A DNA stretch of 52,507 nt from an uncultured Syntrophaceae bacterium. Its GTDB lineage: Bacteria > Desulfobacterota > BSN033 > UBA1163. The notes beneath the pieces are model-generated. The model searched no databases and was not told the origin of the DNA. It saw only the letters and a program-made list of their open reading frames with translations. The translations under genes and the position numbers were made by a program. The stretch covers positions 1 to 52,507 of the forward strand of contig CAZMWF010000122.1 in NCBI GenBank assembly GCA_964570075.1. Reading direction: 5' to 3'. Positions 8,821-18,117 of the stretch are shown here, in pieces. Every line of letters begins with the position of its first letter. Positions within the stretch are counted from its first letter, which is position 1.

Positions 8821-10047
8821 GTGGATTTCCCGAAGCTGAGACCTATCCAAATCTTTCCTATCCAGATCTCTGGGCAGATGATGGTTTGTCTCCAGGATCC
8901 CTTGAACCTAAGCGGAAAGGCTTTTTTTCTTCCTCCCCCCCTTTATTTCATCGTCTCCCTGTTTGATGGAGAGCATTCCATTTTAGATATCCAGGCCGAG
9001 TATATGAGACGTTTTGGCTCCCTCCTTTATAGGGAAAAGATTGAGGAGATTATTCAGCAACTCGATGAGAACTTTCTTCTGGAGGGATCGAGGTTTGAGG
9101 AGGCCCTCAAGGCAAAGGAGGAAGAATTTAAAAGGGCTCCCATCAGGGAAGCGGCCTTTTCAGGGAAAAGCTATGAGAAAGACCCTTCAAGGTTGAAAGC
9201 CCAATTGAGTTATTACTTTACAGGCACGGAAGGCCCTGGTCCCTTAAAGGAAGAGAGGGGGCAAAATGGGCTGATAGGAGTGGTCGCTCCCCATATTGAC
9301 TTTCAACGAGGGGGATTCTGTTACGCCTTTGCCCATCGAGAGATCTGGGAAAGGAATTCCTCTGACTGTTTCGTCATTTTTGGAATCTCCCATCAACCTA
9401 TGAAGCAGGCCTTCGCCGCTACTCGAAAAGACTTTGAAACCCCGCTGGGTCGGTTAAAGGTGGATCGAGAACTTTTAGAGGCGATTCAATCTCGATATCC
9501 CTTTGACCTCTTCGTGGACGAGGGAATTCATCGAGGAGAGCACTCGATCGAGTTTCAATGTGTCTTTCTTCGATATCTCTATCCTGAACCGATGGAGATT
9601 CATATGGTTCCCATCCTCTGCGGCTCTTTCCATGAGGCAATCCAGAGACAGATCTCTCCAATGGATCTTCCTGCTATCCGAGCCTTTATCGAGGCAGTAA
9701 AGGAAGCGGTGGCCCATCTTGGAAGAAAGCTCTGCTATCTTGCCAGTGCCGATCTGGCTCATCAAGGTCTTCAATTCGGAGATCGAGAGGGGATAGGAGA
9801 GTATGACCTCAGAGTGTTAAAGGAAGAGGACCATGAGATGTTGGGATATGTGGAAAAAGGAGATGGGGAAGGGTTTTATTCGTTCATTCAACGCGAAGGA
9901 GATCGAAGGAGGATCTGTGGCCTTCCAGCGATCTATCTTCTCCTCAAGGTAATCGAAGCCAAACAGGGAAAGCTTCTTAAATATGGACAGGCCTTTACTC
10001 CGGAGATCCAATCCGTGGTCTCCTTTGCCAGTCTCGCCTTCTATTAA
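8821..10047 (+). CDS. MEMO1-family protein (AmmeMemoRadiSam system protein B-like)
   Basis: 408 aa with APHIDFQRGG, HSIEFQ and ADLAHQG motifs. GTG start. Confidence 0.75.
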   Translation: MDFPKLRPIQIFPIQISGQMMVCLQDPLNLSGKAFFLPPPLYFIVSLFDGEHSILDIQAEYMRRFGSLLYREKIEEIIQQLDENFLLEGSRFEEALKAKEEEFKRAPIREAAFSGKSYEKDPSRLKAQLSYYFTGTEGPGPLKEERGQNGLIGVVAPHIDFQRGGFCYAFAHREIWERNSSDCFVIFGISHQPMKQAFAATRKDFETPLGRLKVDRELLEAIQSRYPFDLFVDEGIHRGEHSIEFQCVFLRYLYPEPMEIHMVPILCGSFHEAIQRQISPMDLPAIRAFIEAVKEAVAHLGRKLCYLASADLAHQGLQFGDREGIGEYDLRVLKEEDHEMLGYVEKGDGEGFYSFIQREGDRRRICGLPAIYLLLKVIEAKQGKLLKYGQAFTPEIQSVVSFASLAFY

Positions 10048-10073
10048 ATAGGGAGGATCAACGTTTTGGGGGA

Positions 10074-10313
10074 TTAGGAAGGCTTTTGCTTTGAGCGATC
10101 AATGGATGGGTAGAGTTCGGAAAGCCTGGTTTCGATCTCCTGAGGAAACTCCACTTGAAGATTGAGGATCTTTTCCCGAATCAGAGCGAGGGTCCCTAAT
10201 CTCTCGCTCACCTCTTTAGGAGTCACACGACTTAACCTTTTAGAGACCTCTTTCATTTCCTCATTGATAAATTCCACCACTTTTAAGATTTCCGAAAGTT
10301 TTTTTTGAGCCAT
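10074..10313 (-). CDS. Small helical hypothetical protein
   Basis: 79-aa ORF downstream of, and co-oriented with, the transglutaminase-like gene. I recognise no motifs. Confidence 0.4.
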   Translation of the reverse strand: MAQKKLSEILKVVEFINEEMKEVSKRLSRVTPKEVSERLGTLALIREKILNLQVEFPQEIETRLSELYPSIDRSKQKPS

Positions 10314-10391
10314 GTGCTCCTCAACTCCTTCAGATTGAATTTAACTTACCTGATTTGATGAGAGATTTCAAGGGAACGAAGGACTCTTTTT

Positions 10392-11090
10392 TTACTCTTT
10401 CCAGACCTCCTCATTTTCAAATTCTGAAAGGCGAAGGGATCCTCTTTCCTCAAAGAGCCGGATCCAATGATTGACCCTTTCTTCTCCGTAAGCCATTTTC
10501 CATCCCGAAACAATCTCTTCTACCGGGACATCCCAGAAGGTTCCCCGGAACGCCACATATTCCATAAATTTTTGTTTTTCTAAGTTGTAAGGTTGAAAAA
10601 GAGAATCCTCCCGACCATTGAATTCGAGGGGAGGGACCCTGTGTTTTTCGCAGAGTTCTTTGTTGAAGGCTGGTGTGGCCTTGACCCATTTCCCCTCAAG
10701 GAAGAGTTCTACAAAACCATGATACACAAAAAGGTTACTCCCCATAAAATCGAGAAGTTGTCGGGTAAGGAGATGATTTCTGACATCCGCCAATCCTAAA
10801 CGGGCAGGGATTCCTGATGCCCTGGCTAAGGCACAGAGAAGAGAGGCCTTAGGAACACAGAAACTTCGTCCCCGCCTCAGGACATAGCTTGCTCGATAGT
10901 GTTCCGGGAGATAGAAAGGGGAGTAAGGATCATATCGAATCCCATCTCGAACTGCCAGGTAGAGCCTGACCGCTTTCTCTATGGGATCCTCATTCTCTCC
11001 GATCACTTCTTTGGCAAACTCTTGGATCAATTTGTGATCGCTATCAATAATGGAGGTCGGCATGAGATATTTAATTATTTCTTTTTCCAT
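10392..11090 (-). CDS. Transglutaminase-like cysteine peptidase superfamily protein
   Basis: 232 aa. The segment RGRSFCVPKASLLCALARASGIPARL resembles the transglutaminase-core catalytic-Cys region. Confidence 0.6.
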   Translation of the reverse strand: MEKEIIKYLMPTSIIDSDHKLIQEFAKEVIGENEDPIEKAVRLYLAVRDGIRYDPYSPFYLPEHYRASYVLRRGRSFCVPKASLLCALARASGIPARLGLADVRNHLLTRQLLDFMGSNLFVYHGFVELFLEGKWVKATPAFNKELCEKHRVPPLEFNGREDSLFQPYNLEKQKFMEYVAFRGTFWDVPVEEIVSGWKMAYGEERVNHWIRLFEERGSLRLSEFENEEVWKE

Positions 11091-11097
11091 CGTTACT

Positions 11098-11127
11098 ACT
11101 ATATAATTTTTTAAAAAATAATTTCAA
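11098..11127 (-). promoter_or_regulatory. Sigma-70-like promoter, apparently leaderless, for the transglutaminase-like gene
   Basis: On the minus strand: TTGAAA (11127-11122), an 18-nt spacer, then TATAGT (11103-11098). Seven nt follow, then ATG at 11090, with no Shine-Dalgarno sequence. Confidence 0.45.
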
Positions 11128-11137
11128 TAGTTAGACC

Positions 11138-11254
11138 GTAATCCCTAACTCAGAAGCGGGGGAATAAGCCCGAGAGGGATGTTGAGCGTTCTATGGGTTT
11201 CGGAAATACTCCTGTCGGGCTTCAATTCATTTCCACTCTTCGACGAGGGGTGAC
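11138..11254 (-). mobile_element. MITE copy C (internally deleted, 117 bp)
   Basis: It keeps both end modules (GTAATCCCTAAC...AAGCCCGAGAGG and CCTGTCGGGCTT...GAGGGGTGAC) but lacks about 118 bp of core. Flanking 8-mers are GTTAGACC (11130-11137) and GTTAGATC (11255-11262), a 7/8 match. The latter contains the ecfT stop codon. Confidence 0.8.
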
Positions 11255-11255
11255 G

Positions 11256-12050
11256 TTAGATCCGATTAGGGAAAATCGCTCCGAGGGTTAACCCAATTCT
11301 CAAATAGAGGATTAAAAGGAGTCCCCCGATAAGACTGAGAAGGATGAAATAATCTATTCTTCTCATACGAGATTCGTAATAGAAGGTCCGTTTTGCTTCG
11401 GGATTAAATCCTTTCGATTCCAAGGCGATCGCCAAAAGATTGGTGTATCGGATAGCATAAATCAAAAGAGGGACGGCTTGAGGGATAAACTTTCGAAATC
11501 GACTAAAAATAGACCCCGATTCTAAATTTAAGCCCCGGGAGATCTGGGCCTGGATGATGGTCGCTCCAGCCCCTACAAAAGTAGGGATGAGTCTCAATGA
11601 GGTCGAGAGAGCAAAGGCTATGGGATAGGGAGTTTTCATTCGAATGAGTCCATGGATGAGTTCTTCGTGCCTCGTCGTCGAAAGAAAGACCAGTCCCGTA
11701 GCGACAAAATTAGAGAGCCGAAGACCCATCGCTAAGCCATACAGGAAGGACTCCTGACTCACTTCGAGTCCTTTCCAGGAGAAGAGAGGGCGTGGTCCTT
11801 TAATGAAGAAAGGCCATATCAAGGTACTGAAGAGGAAAAGCAACAGAAGGACGAACCGGAATCGGTAAAGGTTTAGCATGGCTCGTGAAAAAAAGGCGAG
11901 GGCAAGAATGACCAAACTTATCACCCATAGATAAAGAGGGTGGTTAAAACAGAGAGAATAGATAAAAAGGATGAGGGTTCCAAGAATTTTAGTCAGAGGA
12001 TCCAGACGATGGACTAAGGTTTTTTGGTCAAGATAAAGAAAAAGATTCAT
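11256..12050 (-). CDS. ecfT: ECF transporter transmembrane (T) component
   Basis: 264-aa polytopic membrane protein directly downstream of the duplicated ECF-type ATPase. Its size and position fit CbiQ/EcfT. Confidence 0.7.
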   Translation of the reverse strand: MNLFLYLDQKTLVHRLDPLTKILGTLILFIYSLCFNHPLYLWVISLVILALAFFSRAMLNLYRFRFVLLLLFLFSTLIWPFFIKGPRPLFSWKGLEVSQESFLYGLAMGLRLSNFVATGLVFLSTTRHEELIHGLIRMKTPYPIAFALSTSLRLIPTFVGAGATIIQAQISRGLNLESGSIFSRFRKFIPQAVPLLIYAIRYTNLLAIALESKGFNPEAKRTFYYESRMRRIDYFILLSLIGGLLLILYLRIGLTLGAIFPNRI

Positions 12051-12080
12051 TGGGTTGTCTCTCTCTCGTTTACTTCATCC

Positions 12081-13778
12081 CTATAGATTGAGACGCTCCG
12101 ATTCCTCCCGCAATTCCTGAATCATTTCTTCGATGGTGAGGGCCTTTGTTCCAAGCCAGTTGCTTAACTCGACCAAAGGAGGAGGGCGAAGAGAGGCCTG
12201 AGATAATAAATTTTCATCAGCAAAAACCTCTCGAGTGGGACCGTCGGCAACGATGGAACCCTCTTTAAGAAGGATGACTCGTCTGGCGTATTCACAGGCC
12301 ACCCACATGGAATGGGTAATGATGATAATCGTATGCCCTTTACGATTGAGATACTTGAGCATCTCCATCATATTCCGCTGGCTATGGTAATCCAATCCCG
12401 TGGTCGGTTCATCCAGGATGATGACTTGGGGTCGGGTCGCTAAAACAGAGGCCACAGCTACACGCTGTCTTTCTCCTTTGGTCAAGGTAAAAGGATTTTT
12501 CTCTTCATATCCTCCTAAACCCACGATGTCCAATGCTTCAGTCACTCGGTCATCGATTCGCTTTGGATCCTCTCCTAAGAGTTTGAGACCGAATCCCACC
12601 TCCTCTTTCACTGTTTTGCAAAAAATCTGATGATCCGGGTTTTGAAATACATAGCCCACCAAAGAGGCCAGTTCACGGTGAGTGTATTCAAGGGTGGATT
12701 TTCCCTTGATGAAAACTTTTCCCAGGGTCGGTTTTAGAAGACCATTCAAATGCTTGGCAAGGGTTGTCTTACCTGATCCGTTCTGTCCGAGAAGGGCAAT
12801 AAATTCTCCTTCCCGGATTGAGAGGTCGATCCCTCGAAGGGCTTCGATATGGAAAAAGGGATAGACATATCGTAATCCTTCAACCCTTATGAAGGGAGCC
12901 GTTCCTGAATCTTCCTGGACAAGGGCTTTGGATCTTAATTTTCGACGGTCGATGAGATGGTGTTTTTCAATAAGAGCGATGGCGGTTTGGACATCCAATG
13001 GCGTTCCTTGCCACTTCATCTTTTGAAACAGTTCAAGGGTAGGAAGAGGGCGAATTCCGCAGGATTCAAGTGTAGTCGTTTCGATGAGGATGTCTTTTGG
13101 AAGGCCTTTGGCCACGACTTCTCCCTCCCGCATCAGCCAGAGTTGATCAGCCCGTAGTGCGTATTCGGGATCATGGTCTACAAGGATAAGCATTCGGCCT
13201 TCTCCTCTTAGGTGTTCGCCGATGGAGAGGACTTCTTCACGCCCTTGCGGATCAAGGTCGGTCGTGGGTTCATCCATGACCAGAATCTTGGGTTCTATGG
13301 CCAACACAGACCCGATGGCTAGGCGCTGTTTTTGGCCCCCTGAGAGAGAGGAAGGTTGCCTTTCTCGTAAGTTTTCTAAACCAACCAAGGTGAGATATCG
13401 ATGAATTCGATCTTCTATCTCTGAACGGGGAAGGCCCAGATTCTCTGGGCCAAAGGCCATTTCAAGTTCCACATTAGTAGAGAAGAGTTGGGCTTCAAAA
13501 TCTTGGAGGACAAGACCCACGAGCCTGGCCATTTCTGAAACTTTCTTTCTTTTGACCTCTTCCCCGTAGATGAGGACGCGACCCTCATACTTCCCCCTGA
13601 AAAATTTGGGGACAATTCCATTTAGGCAATAGCATAAAGTCGATTTACCTGCTCCTCCATGACCCATGATCGCAATCAATCTCCCTTCTTCTATTTCCCC
13701 TTCGATGTGTCTTAAGGCAGGTCTATTCATTCCACGGTAGGTAAAGGAGAGGGATTGGATCGAAACAGCGGTACCCAT
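12081..13778 (-). CDS. ecfA: ECF/CbiO-type ABC ATPase with two fused nucleotide-binding domains
   Basis: 565 aa with two Walker A motifs (GHGGAGKST, GQNGSGKTT), two signature motifs (LSGGQKQR, LTKGERQR) and two Walker B motifs (LVMDEPT, IILDEPT). Confidence 0.9.
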   Translation of the reverse strand: MGTAVSIQSLSFTYRGMNRPALRHIEGEIEEGRLIAIMGHGGAGKSTLCYCLNGIVPKFFRGKYEGRVLIYGEEVKRKKVSEMARLVGLVLQDFEAQLFSTNVELEMAFGPENLGLPRSEIEDRIHRYLTLVGLENLRERQPSSLSGGQKQRLAIGSVLAIEPKILVMDEPTTDLDPQGREEVLSIGEHLRGEGRMLILVDHDPEYALRADQLWLMREGEVVAKGLPKDILIETTTLESCGIRPLPTLELFQKMKWQGTPLDVQTAIALIEKHHLIDRRKLRSKALVQEDSGTAPFIRVEGLRYVYPFFHIEALRGIDLSIREGEFIALLGQNGSGKTTLAKHLNGLLKPTLGKVFIKGKSTLEYTHRELASLVGYVFQNPDHQIFCKTVKEEVGFGLKLLGEDPKRIDDRVTEALDIVGLGGYEEKNPFTLTKGERQRVAVASVLATRPQVIILDEPTTGLDYHSQRNMMEMLKYLNRKGHTIIIITHSMWVACEYARRVILLKEGSIVADGPTREVFADENLLSQASLRPPPLVELSNWLGTKALTIEEMIQELREESERLNL

Positions 13779-13787
13779 TTCAAATGT

Positions 13788-14534
13788 CTAAAGCAGGAGG
13801 CTGGCAAAGAGAATGACCAGTGCACCTATCCAACCCATCGTTGTCTCCGGGAGGGAGGTAAAGATTCCGCCCAAGAGGCCAACCAGCGAAGCGAAGGTTA
13901 CAAGCCACGCCCCCAAAGAACCGGCAATCGGTCTTCCAATCTCCTCTTCCTCCATAAGGTCAACCCAGAAGAGTCCGAGTTGATTCTTAATGACACCGGA
14001 TACGGAAGACAACAGGAGGGCTCCTATAAGACTTCCCAGGGTATCATTGAGAGTAATGATTTTAGTCAATACCGCATAGGGAACAATTCCCAGGGCATCT
14101 ACCACGATACTGATCACGACGGCACAAGAGGCGCTGGAAACGAAGGCAATAACGATATAATTCATCCAGTTCCAAAGACTTTTGGGATTCCATTCTCGAG
14201 ATTTCTGTCCAAATGGAAGAAGGGTGGTCCATAAGGCATAAGGGAGATAACCCAGCAAAAAGTTTCCAAAGAATCCAGCCATGGAACCTGGACCAAGGGT
14301 ACCGCCGAAAATATCTCCGATGAGATTCCCAATGGCTGTTCCCCACGCCCCTGCTGGACCAAAGAGCAAACCGAAGGGCATGGGAAAGATATTGGCCACT
14401 CGGACCTCGGTGATTCCCGGGATAAGGGGTATGACGGTTTTAAAGGCAATGAGTGCAGCTCCATAAATAGCCGCACACACAGCGACAAGAATGATCATTC
14501 GGGTATTCTTCCACATTCGAAAAGCTGCCTTCAT
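13788..14534 (-). CDS. ECF transporter substrate-specific (S) component-like membrane protein
   Basis: 248-aa multi-TM protein, the first gene of the S-A-T operon. Its substrate is unknown. Confidence 0.6.
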   Translation of the reverse strand: MKAAFRMWKNTRMIILVAVCAAIYGAALIAFKTVIPLIPGITEVRVANIFPMPFGLLFGPAGAWGTAIGNLIGDIFGGTLGPGSMAGFFGNFLLGYLPYALWTTLLPFGQKSREWNPKSLWNWMNYIVIAFVSSASCAVVISIVVDALGIVPYAVLTKIITLNDTLGSLIGALLLSSVSGVIKNQLGLFWVDLMEEEEIGRPIAGSLGAWLVTFASLVGLLGGIFTSLPETTMGWIGALVILFASLLL

Positions 14535-14582
14535 CGCTTCTTTTCCCTTATTCTTCTCCCGATTCCATATCGTTTTTGGTTA

Positions 14583-14611
14583 AATATATTAAAAAAATGA
14601 TAAGATGTCAA
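14583..14611 (-). promoter_or_regulatory. Sigma-70-like promoter of the ECF operon
   Basis: On the minus strand: TTGACA (14611-14606), a 17-nt spacer, then TATATT (14588-14583). The -35 overlaps the last 3 nt of the target duplication of MITE copy D. Confidence 0.6.
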
Positions 14612-14616
14612 AAAGG

Positions 14617-14850
14617 GTAATCCCTCACTCAGATGGGGAATAAGCCCGAGAGGGGTATTGGAGAAACCCATGATGCGGCTACCTTAAATGGTCCATAGAA
14701 ATCTTAACTTCCGTTTGTTTTAATCAGAAACCCATTTCTACGATAGATCGATTCGTATTCCTTAAACATATAAATTGATCCGCACTCTATGGGTTTCGGA
14801 AATACTCCTGTCGGGCTTAAATTTATTTCCACCCTTCAGTGAGGGATGAC
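14617..14850 (-). mobile_element. MITE copy D (full length, 234 bp)
   Basis: On the + strand the termini read GTAATCCCTCAC ... GTGAGGGATGAC. A perfect 8-bp direct repeat CAAAAAGG flanks it at 14609-14616 and 14851-14858. It has no ORF. Confidence 0.9.
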
Positions 14851-14975
14851 CAAAAAGGATATTGGTTAAAATCTTTTTCAAAACTAAAAGGAGCAGATTC
14901 AAAGTGAGGGTTTATTGAGATTCTTTATGGGATATGATATGAAATTTGATTATAAAGATGATGGAGGAGTTGAAA

Positions 14976-15380
14976 ATGATTCAAGCCATTTCTATAAAAA
15001 GCTCAAAACAGATAGAATTCATTGACATCACTCATCGGGTTCAAGAAGTGGTCGTCAAGACGGGTGTCAAAGAGGGAGTCTGCGTCATCTTTGTCCCTCA
15101 TACCACTGCAGGAGTGACCATCAATGAAAATGCAGATCCCAGTGTCATTCAAGATATCATTATGGGATTAAATAAAATCGTTCCGTTTAAGGATCCATAT
15201 CTTCATCGAGAAGGAAACTCTCCTGCCCATATAAAGTCAAGTTTAGTCGGATGCACACTGAATGTCATGATCGAATCTGGGAGACTCAGTCTTGGAACTT
15301 GGCAAGGGATCTTTTTCTGCGAATTTGACGGCCCGAGAAGTCGGAAGGTCCATGTCAAAGTCATCCCGGATGGGCGATGA
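14976..15380 (+). CDS. yjbQ: YjbQ/UPF0047-family protein (secondary thiamine-phosphate synthase family)
   Basis: Motifs FIDITHRV, PHTTAGVTINENADP and SPAHIKSSL. GGAGG lies 8 nt upstream of ATG 14976; the track ORF starts 30 nt earlier. Confidence 0.85.
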   Translation: MIQAISIKSSKQIEFIDITHRVQEVVVKTGVKEGVCVIFVPHTTAGVTINENADPSVIQDIIMGLNKIVPFKDPYLHREGNSPAHIKSSLVGCTLNVMIESGRLSLGTWQGIFFCEFDGPRSRKVHVKVIPDGR

Positions 15381-15383
15381 ACC

Positions 15384-16154
15384 ATGGACTTCAAAGCATT
15401 GATCGATAGAGCAGCCGAGATATTGGAGAAAGAGCCCCGATTAATTCATCTTCCTTCGGAAGGGAAGGCCGTTTTTGTCGGGGATACCCATGGGGATCTG
15501 GATGCCTCGCAGAAGGTGGTCTCCCATTATCTAAAGAGTCCTTATCGAATTATTTTTCTCGGGGATTATGTCGATCGAGGTGAAGAATCGGAAGCCAATA
15601 TTCTTTTCCTCCTCCAGAAGAAGATAGAACATCCGGACCGGCTCTTTCTCCTTTCAGGGAATCACGAGGGATTTGTGGTCAAAGCCCTCTATCCTGCAGA
15701 CTTCTGGGAATCCCTTTCCCATGAGAAGAGGGGAATTTATGGGAGGGTTTTTTCAAAACTTCCCCTTTCCGCGACGACCGAAAATGGAATTTTAGCCCTT
15801 CATGGGGGGCTGCCCGATCTCAATCGTCTTGAAGAGATCAATCGAATCGAGATTGGAGGAGAGCAGTGGGATAGAATCGTTTGGGGAGATTTCGTGGAGA
15901 AGAGGAATGGATGGCTGGGAAATCTTTGGGGAAGACCCCAATTTGGAGAATCCTATTTTGAGACCTTGATGCAAAGGTATCAAAAAAAGGTGTTGATCCG
16001 CTCCCATCAACCTCATGCCCCCCTATGGATGTTTAAAAAGAAATGCATCACCATCTTTACCTCTTATGCCTATCTTCCCATCCGAACGATCGTCGTCGCT
16101 GATCTGGAGCGCGAGATTCGGGACGGAGGGGATCTTAGCATTGAAAGGATATAG
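15384..16154 (+). CDS. PPP-family metallophosphoesterase (Ser/Thr phosphatase-like)
   Basis: GDTHGD, GDYVDRG and GNHE motifs. Confidence 0.85.
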   Translation: MDFKALIDRAAEILEKEPRLIHLPSEGKAVFVGDTHGDLDASQKVVSHYLKSPYRIIFLGDYVDRGEESEANILFLLQKKIEHPDRLFLLSGNHEGFVVKALYPADFWESLSHEKRGIYGRVFSKLPLSATTENGILALHGGLPDLNRLEEINRIEIGGEQWDRIVWGDFVEKRNGWLGNLWGRPQFGESYFETLMQRYQKKVLIRSHQPHAPLWMFKKKCITIFTSYAYLPIRTIVVADLEREIRDGGDLSIERI

Positions 16155-16181
16155 GATATAGATTGAAGTTGGAGTGAGACG

Positions 16182-16847
16182 ATGCCCAAAATCATCTCCT
16201 TTGATATGGATGGAACATTGGTGGATTCCTCGTTTACAGATTGGGTGTGGATGCATGGCCTTCCTAAACTTTATGCGGAGAAAGTGGGTCTTTCCTTTGA
16301 AGAGGCAAAACTCCATGTGGTAAGGGAGTACGAAAAAGTGGGGGAGGGGGCTATCGAGTGGTATGATATCCAATACTGGCTAAGATTCTTTGGACTCAAT
16401 CATGATTGGAGATCCCTGCTTCAATCCTATGTGGATAAAATTCGGGTTTATGAGGATGTAAATCATCTTCTTGACCGGTTGAAAGACCGCTACGCGTTGA
16501 TCCTGACTTCCAATGCGGGGAAAGAATTTATCGAGATAGAGATGGAAGCCACGGGGCTTGGAAGGTATTTTCGACATGTCTTTTCTGCCACTTCGGATTA
16601 TCGGACGGTCAAGAAGACGGCTGACTTCTACAGACGGGTCTGTAACGTCCTTCAAGTGGAACCCCATGAGATCCTCCACATTGGGGATCACTACGAATTT
16701 GACTATCTGGTCCCTACTTCCGTTGGGATGAAGGCCTTCTTTCTTGACCGGAGTGGTAAAGAAAAAGGGGACCATATCCTTCACTCTCTTAAAGAATTAG
16801 AGAAGAAAATTCTTCTCGAATCAGATGGAAAGGAATATCCCTCCTAA
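16182..16847 (+). CDS. HAD-superfamily hydrolase
   Basis: Motif I FDMDGTL (DxDxT), plus a C-terminal GDHYEFD motif. Confidence 0.8.
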   Translation: MPKIISFDMDGTLVDSSFTDWVWMHGLPKLYAEKVGLSFEEAKLHVVREYEKVGEGAIEWYDIQYWLRFFGLNHDWRSLLQSYVDKIRVYEDVNHLLDRLKDRYALILTSNAGKEFIEIEMEATGLGRYFRHVFSATSDYRTVKKTADFYRRVCNVLQVEPHEILHIGDHYEFDYLVPTSVGMKAFFLDRSGKEKGDHILHSLKELEKKILLESDGKEYPS

Positions 16848-18093
16848 AATTCATTGGGCCTGGGTCCTGCTGGGGGTCAGTTTTATCACCCTCTTTATAA
16901 ATTATAGTATCCGGATCGGAGCCTACTCCATCCTTCTTCCCAAGATGATCAAAGACCTTCATATTAATTTAACCCAAGCAGGAATGATTCGGGGATCCTA
17001 TTTTATGGCCTATATCGTTTTTTCACCATTGATGGGATGGTTAAGTGACCGTATAGGTCCCAGATGGGTCATCAGCTTTTTTTCTCTCATTCTGGGAATA
17101 GGAACTTTTCTGATGGGGAAGGCTTCCAGTCTTTCTATGGCCATCCTCTTTCATGCTATTGTAGGGATAGGATCTTCGGCAATGTGGACCCCTGTGGTGG
17201 GGATGATCCAGAAATGGTTTGGAATGAAGAAACGGGGTTTAGCCCTTGGAATCCTTTCCCCAAGCTACGCCTTGGGGTATGGCTTAATGGGAATGATTCT
17301 TCCCTCTATTGTCTCTACCTATGATTGGAGAATGGGGTGGACCCTTTTGGGTGTTTCATGTCTCCTCCTCGTTTTATTCAATAGTTTTCTTCTTCGAAAT
17401 GATCCCGAGGAGATGAGGCTTCTTCCTTGGGGCGAGACCTCCAAAAGGAGTGAATTTGCCTCTCCCACTTCTCGATTTCGTTATAATGAGATTTTTAAAG
17501 AAAGGGCATTCTGGGTGATCGGATTCTCTTACCTTCTGGTCTCGTTTGGAGCCTATATCCTTACGGATTTAGTCGTCTCCTATGGAGTGATGGAATTAAA
17601 ACTCCCCTACGCCATCTCTTCCCGATTCATTTCGATTCTCGCCTTTACTGGTATTGCTGGAGGATTGTTCTGGATGGCCCTCTCCGATCATTTAGGGAGA
17701 AAGAAATCGCTTCTCATCCTTCATTCCTCCCTCGCCTTAAGTATTTTATGGATCATTTTGGTAAGAGGGGAGGTTTGGTGGTTACAGATGGGAATAGGAT
17801 TCTTTGGTTTTTTCTATAGTCCTGTCTGGCCCATGTATGGAGCCTGTGCTCGTGACTATTTTCCAAAAGAAGTCGTCGGTTCGGTCATTGGCCTCTTGAC
17901 CTTTTTTTATGGGATAGGAGCTATTCTGGGTCCCATCATCGCAGGGAGATTGGCGGATAGTAGTGGAACTTTTCGATGGTCCTTTGCCTTGGCTTCCTTC
18001 TGCTGTTTGATGGCTTCTATAGTCATTGGCCTTCTTAAGGGAAGAAAAAGGGCTTATTCCTCACCTCTGAGTGAGGGGTTACAGGAAGATTGA
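16825..18093 (+). CDS. MFS transporter
   Basis: 422 aa with about 12 TM helices. It overlaps the HAD gene by 23 nt. Its last ~13 codons are encoded by a MITE end fragment. Confidence 0.85.
   Translation: MERNIPPKIHWAWVLLGVSFITLFINYSIRIGAYSILLPKMIKDLHINLTQAGMIRGSYFMAYIVFSPLMGWLSDRIGPRWVISFFSLILGIGTFLMGKASSLSMAILFHAIVGIGSSAMWTPVVGMIQKWFGMKKRGLALGILSPSYALGYGLMGMILPSIVSTYDWRMGWTLLGVSCLLLVLFNSFLLRNDPEEMRLLPWGETSKRSEFASPTSRFRYNEIFKERAFWVIGFSYLLVSFGAYILTDLVVSYGVMELKLPYAISSRFISILAFTGIAGGLFWMALSDHLGRKKSLLILHSSLALSILWIILVRGEVWWLQMGIGFFGFFYSPVWPMYGACARDYFPKEVVGSVIGLLTFFYGIGAILGPIIAGRLADSSGTFRWSFALASFCCLMASIVIGLLKGRKRAYSSPLSEGLQED
18050..18082 (+). mobile_element. Solo MITE 3'-end fragment
   Basis: GGGCTTATTCCTCACCTCTGAGTGAGGGGTTAC matches the 3' end module of the family, including a perfect CCTCAC-N6-GTGAGG hairpin and the GTGAGGGGTTAC terminus. 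The rest of the element is absent. Confidence 0.7.
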
Positions 18094-18117
18094 AAGAGAT
18101 CTTTTCTTTATGATAAT
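18090..18117 (+). promoter_or_regulatory. Sigma-70-like promoter for the response-regulator gene
   Basis: TTGAAA (18090-18095), a 16-nt spacer, then GATAAT (18112-18117). The -35 overlaps the MFS stop codon and starts 7 nt after the solo MITE terminus. Confidence 0.45.

Noticed and set aside
8821-10047. MEMO-like gene as part of an AmmeMemoRadiSam three-gene system
   Set aside because: No AMMECR1 gene or radical-SAM partner is adjacent in this window, so no system can be claimed here.
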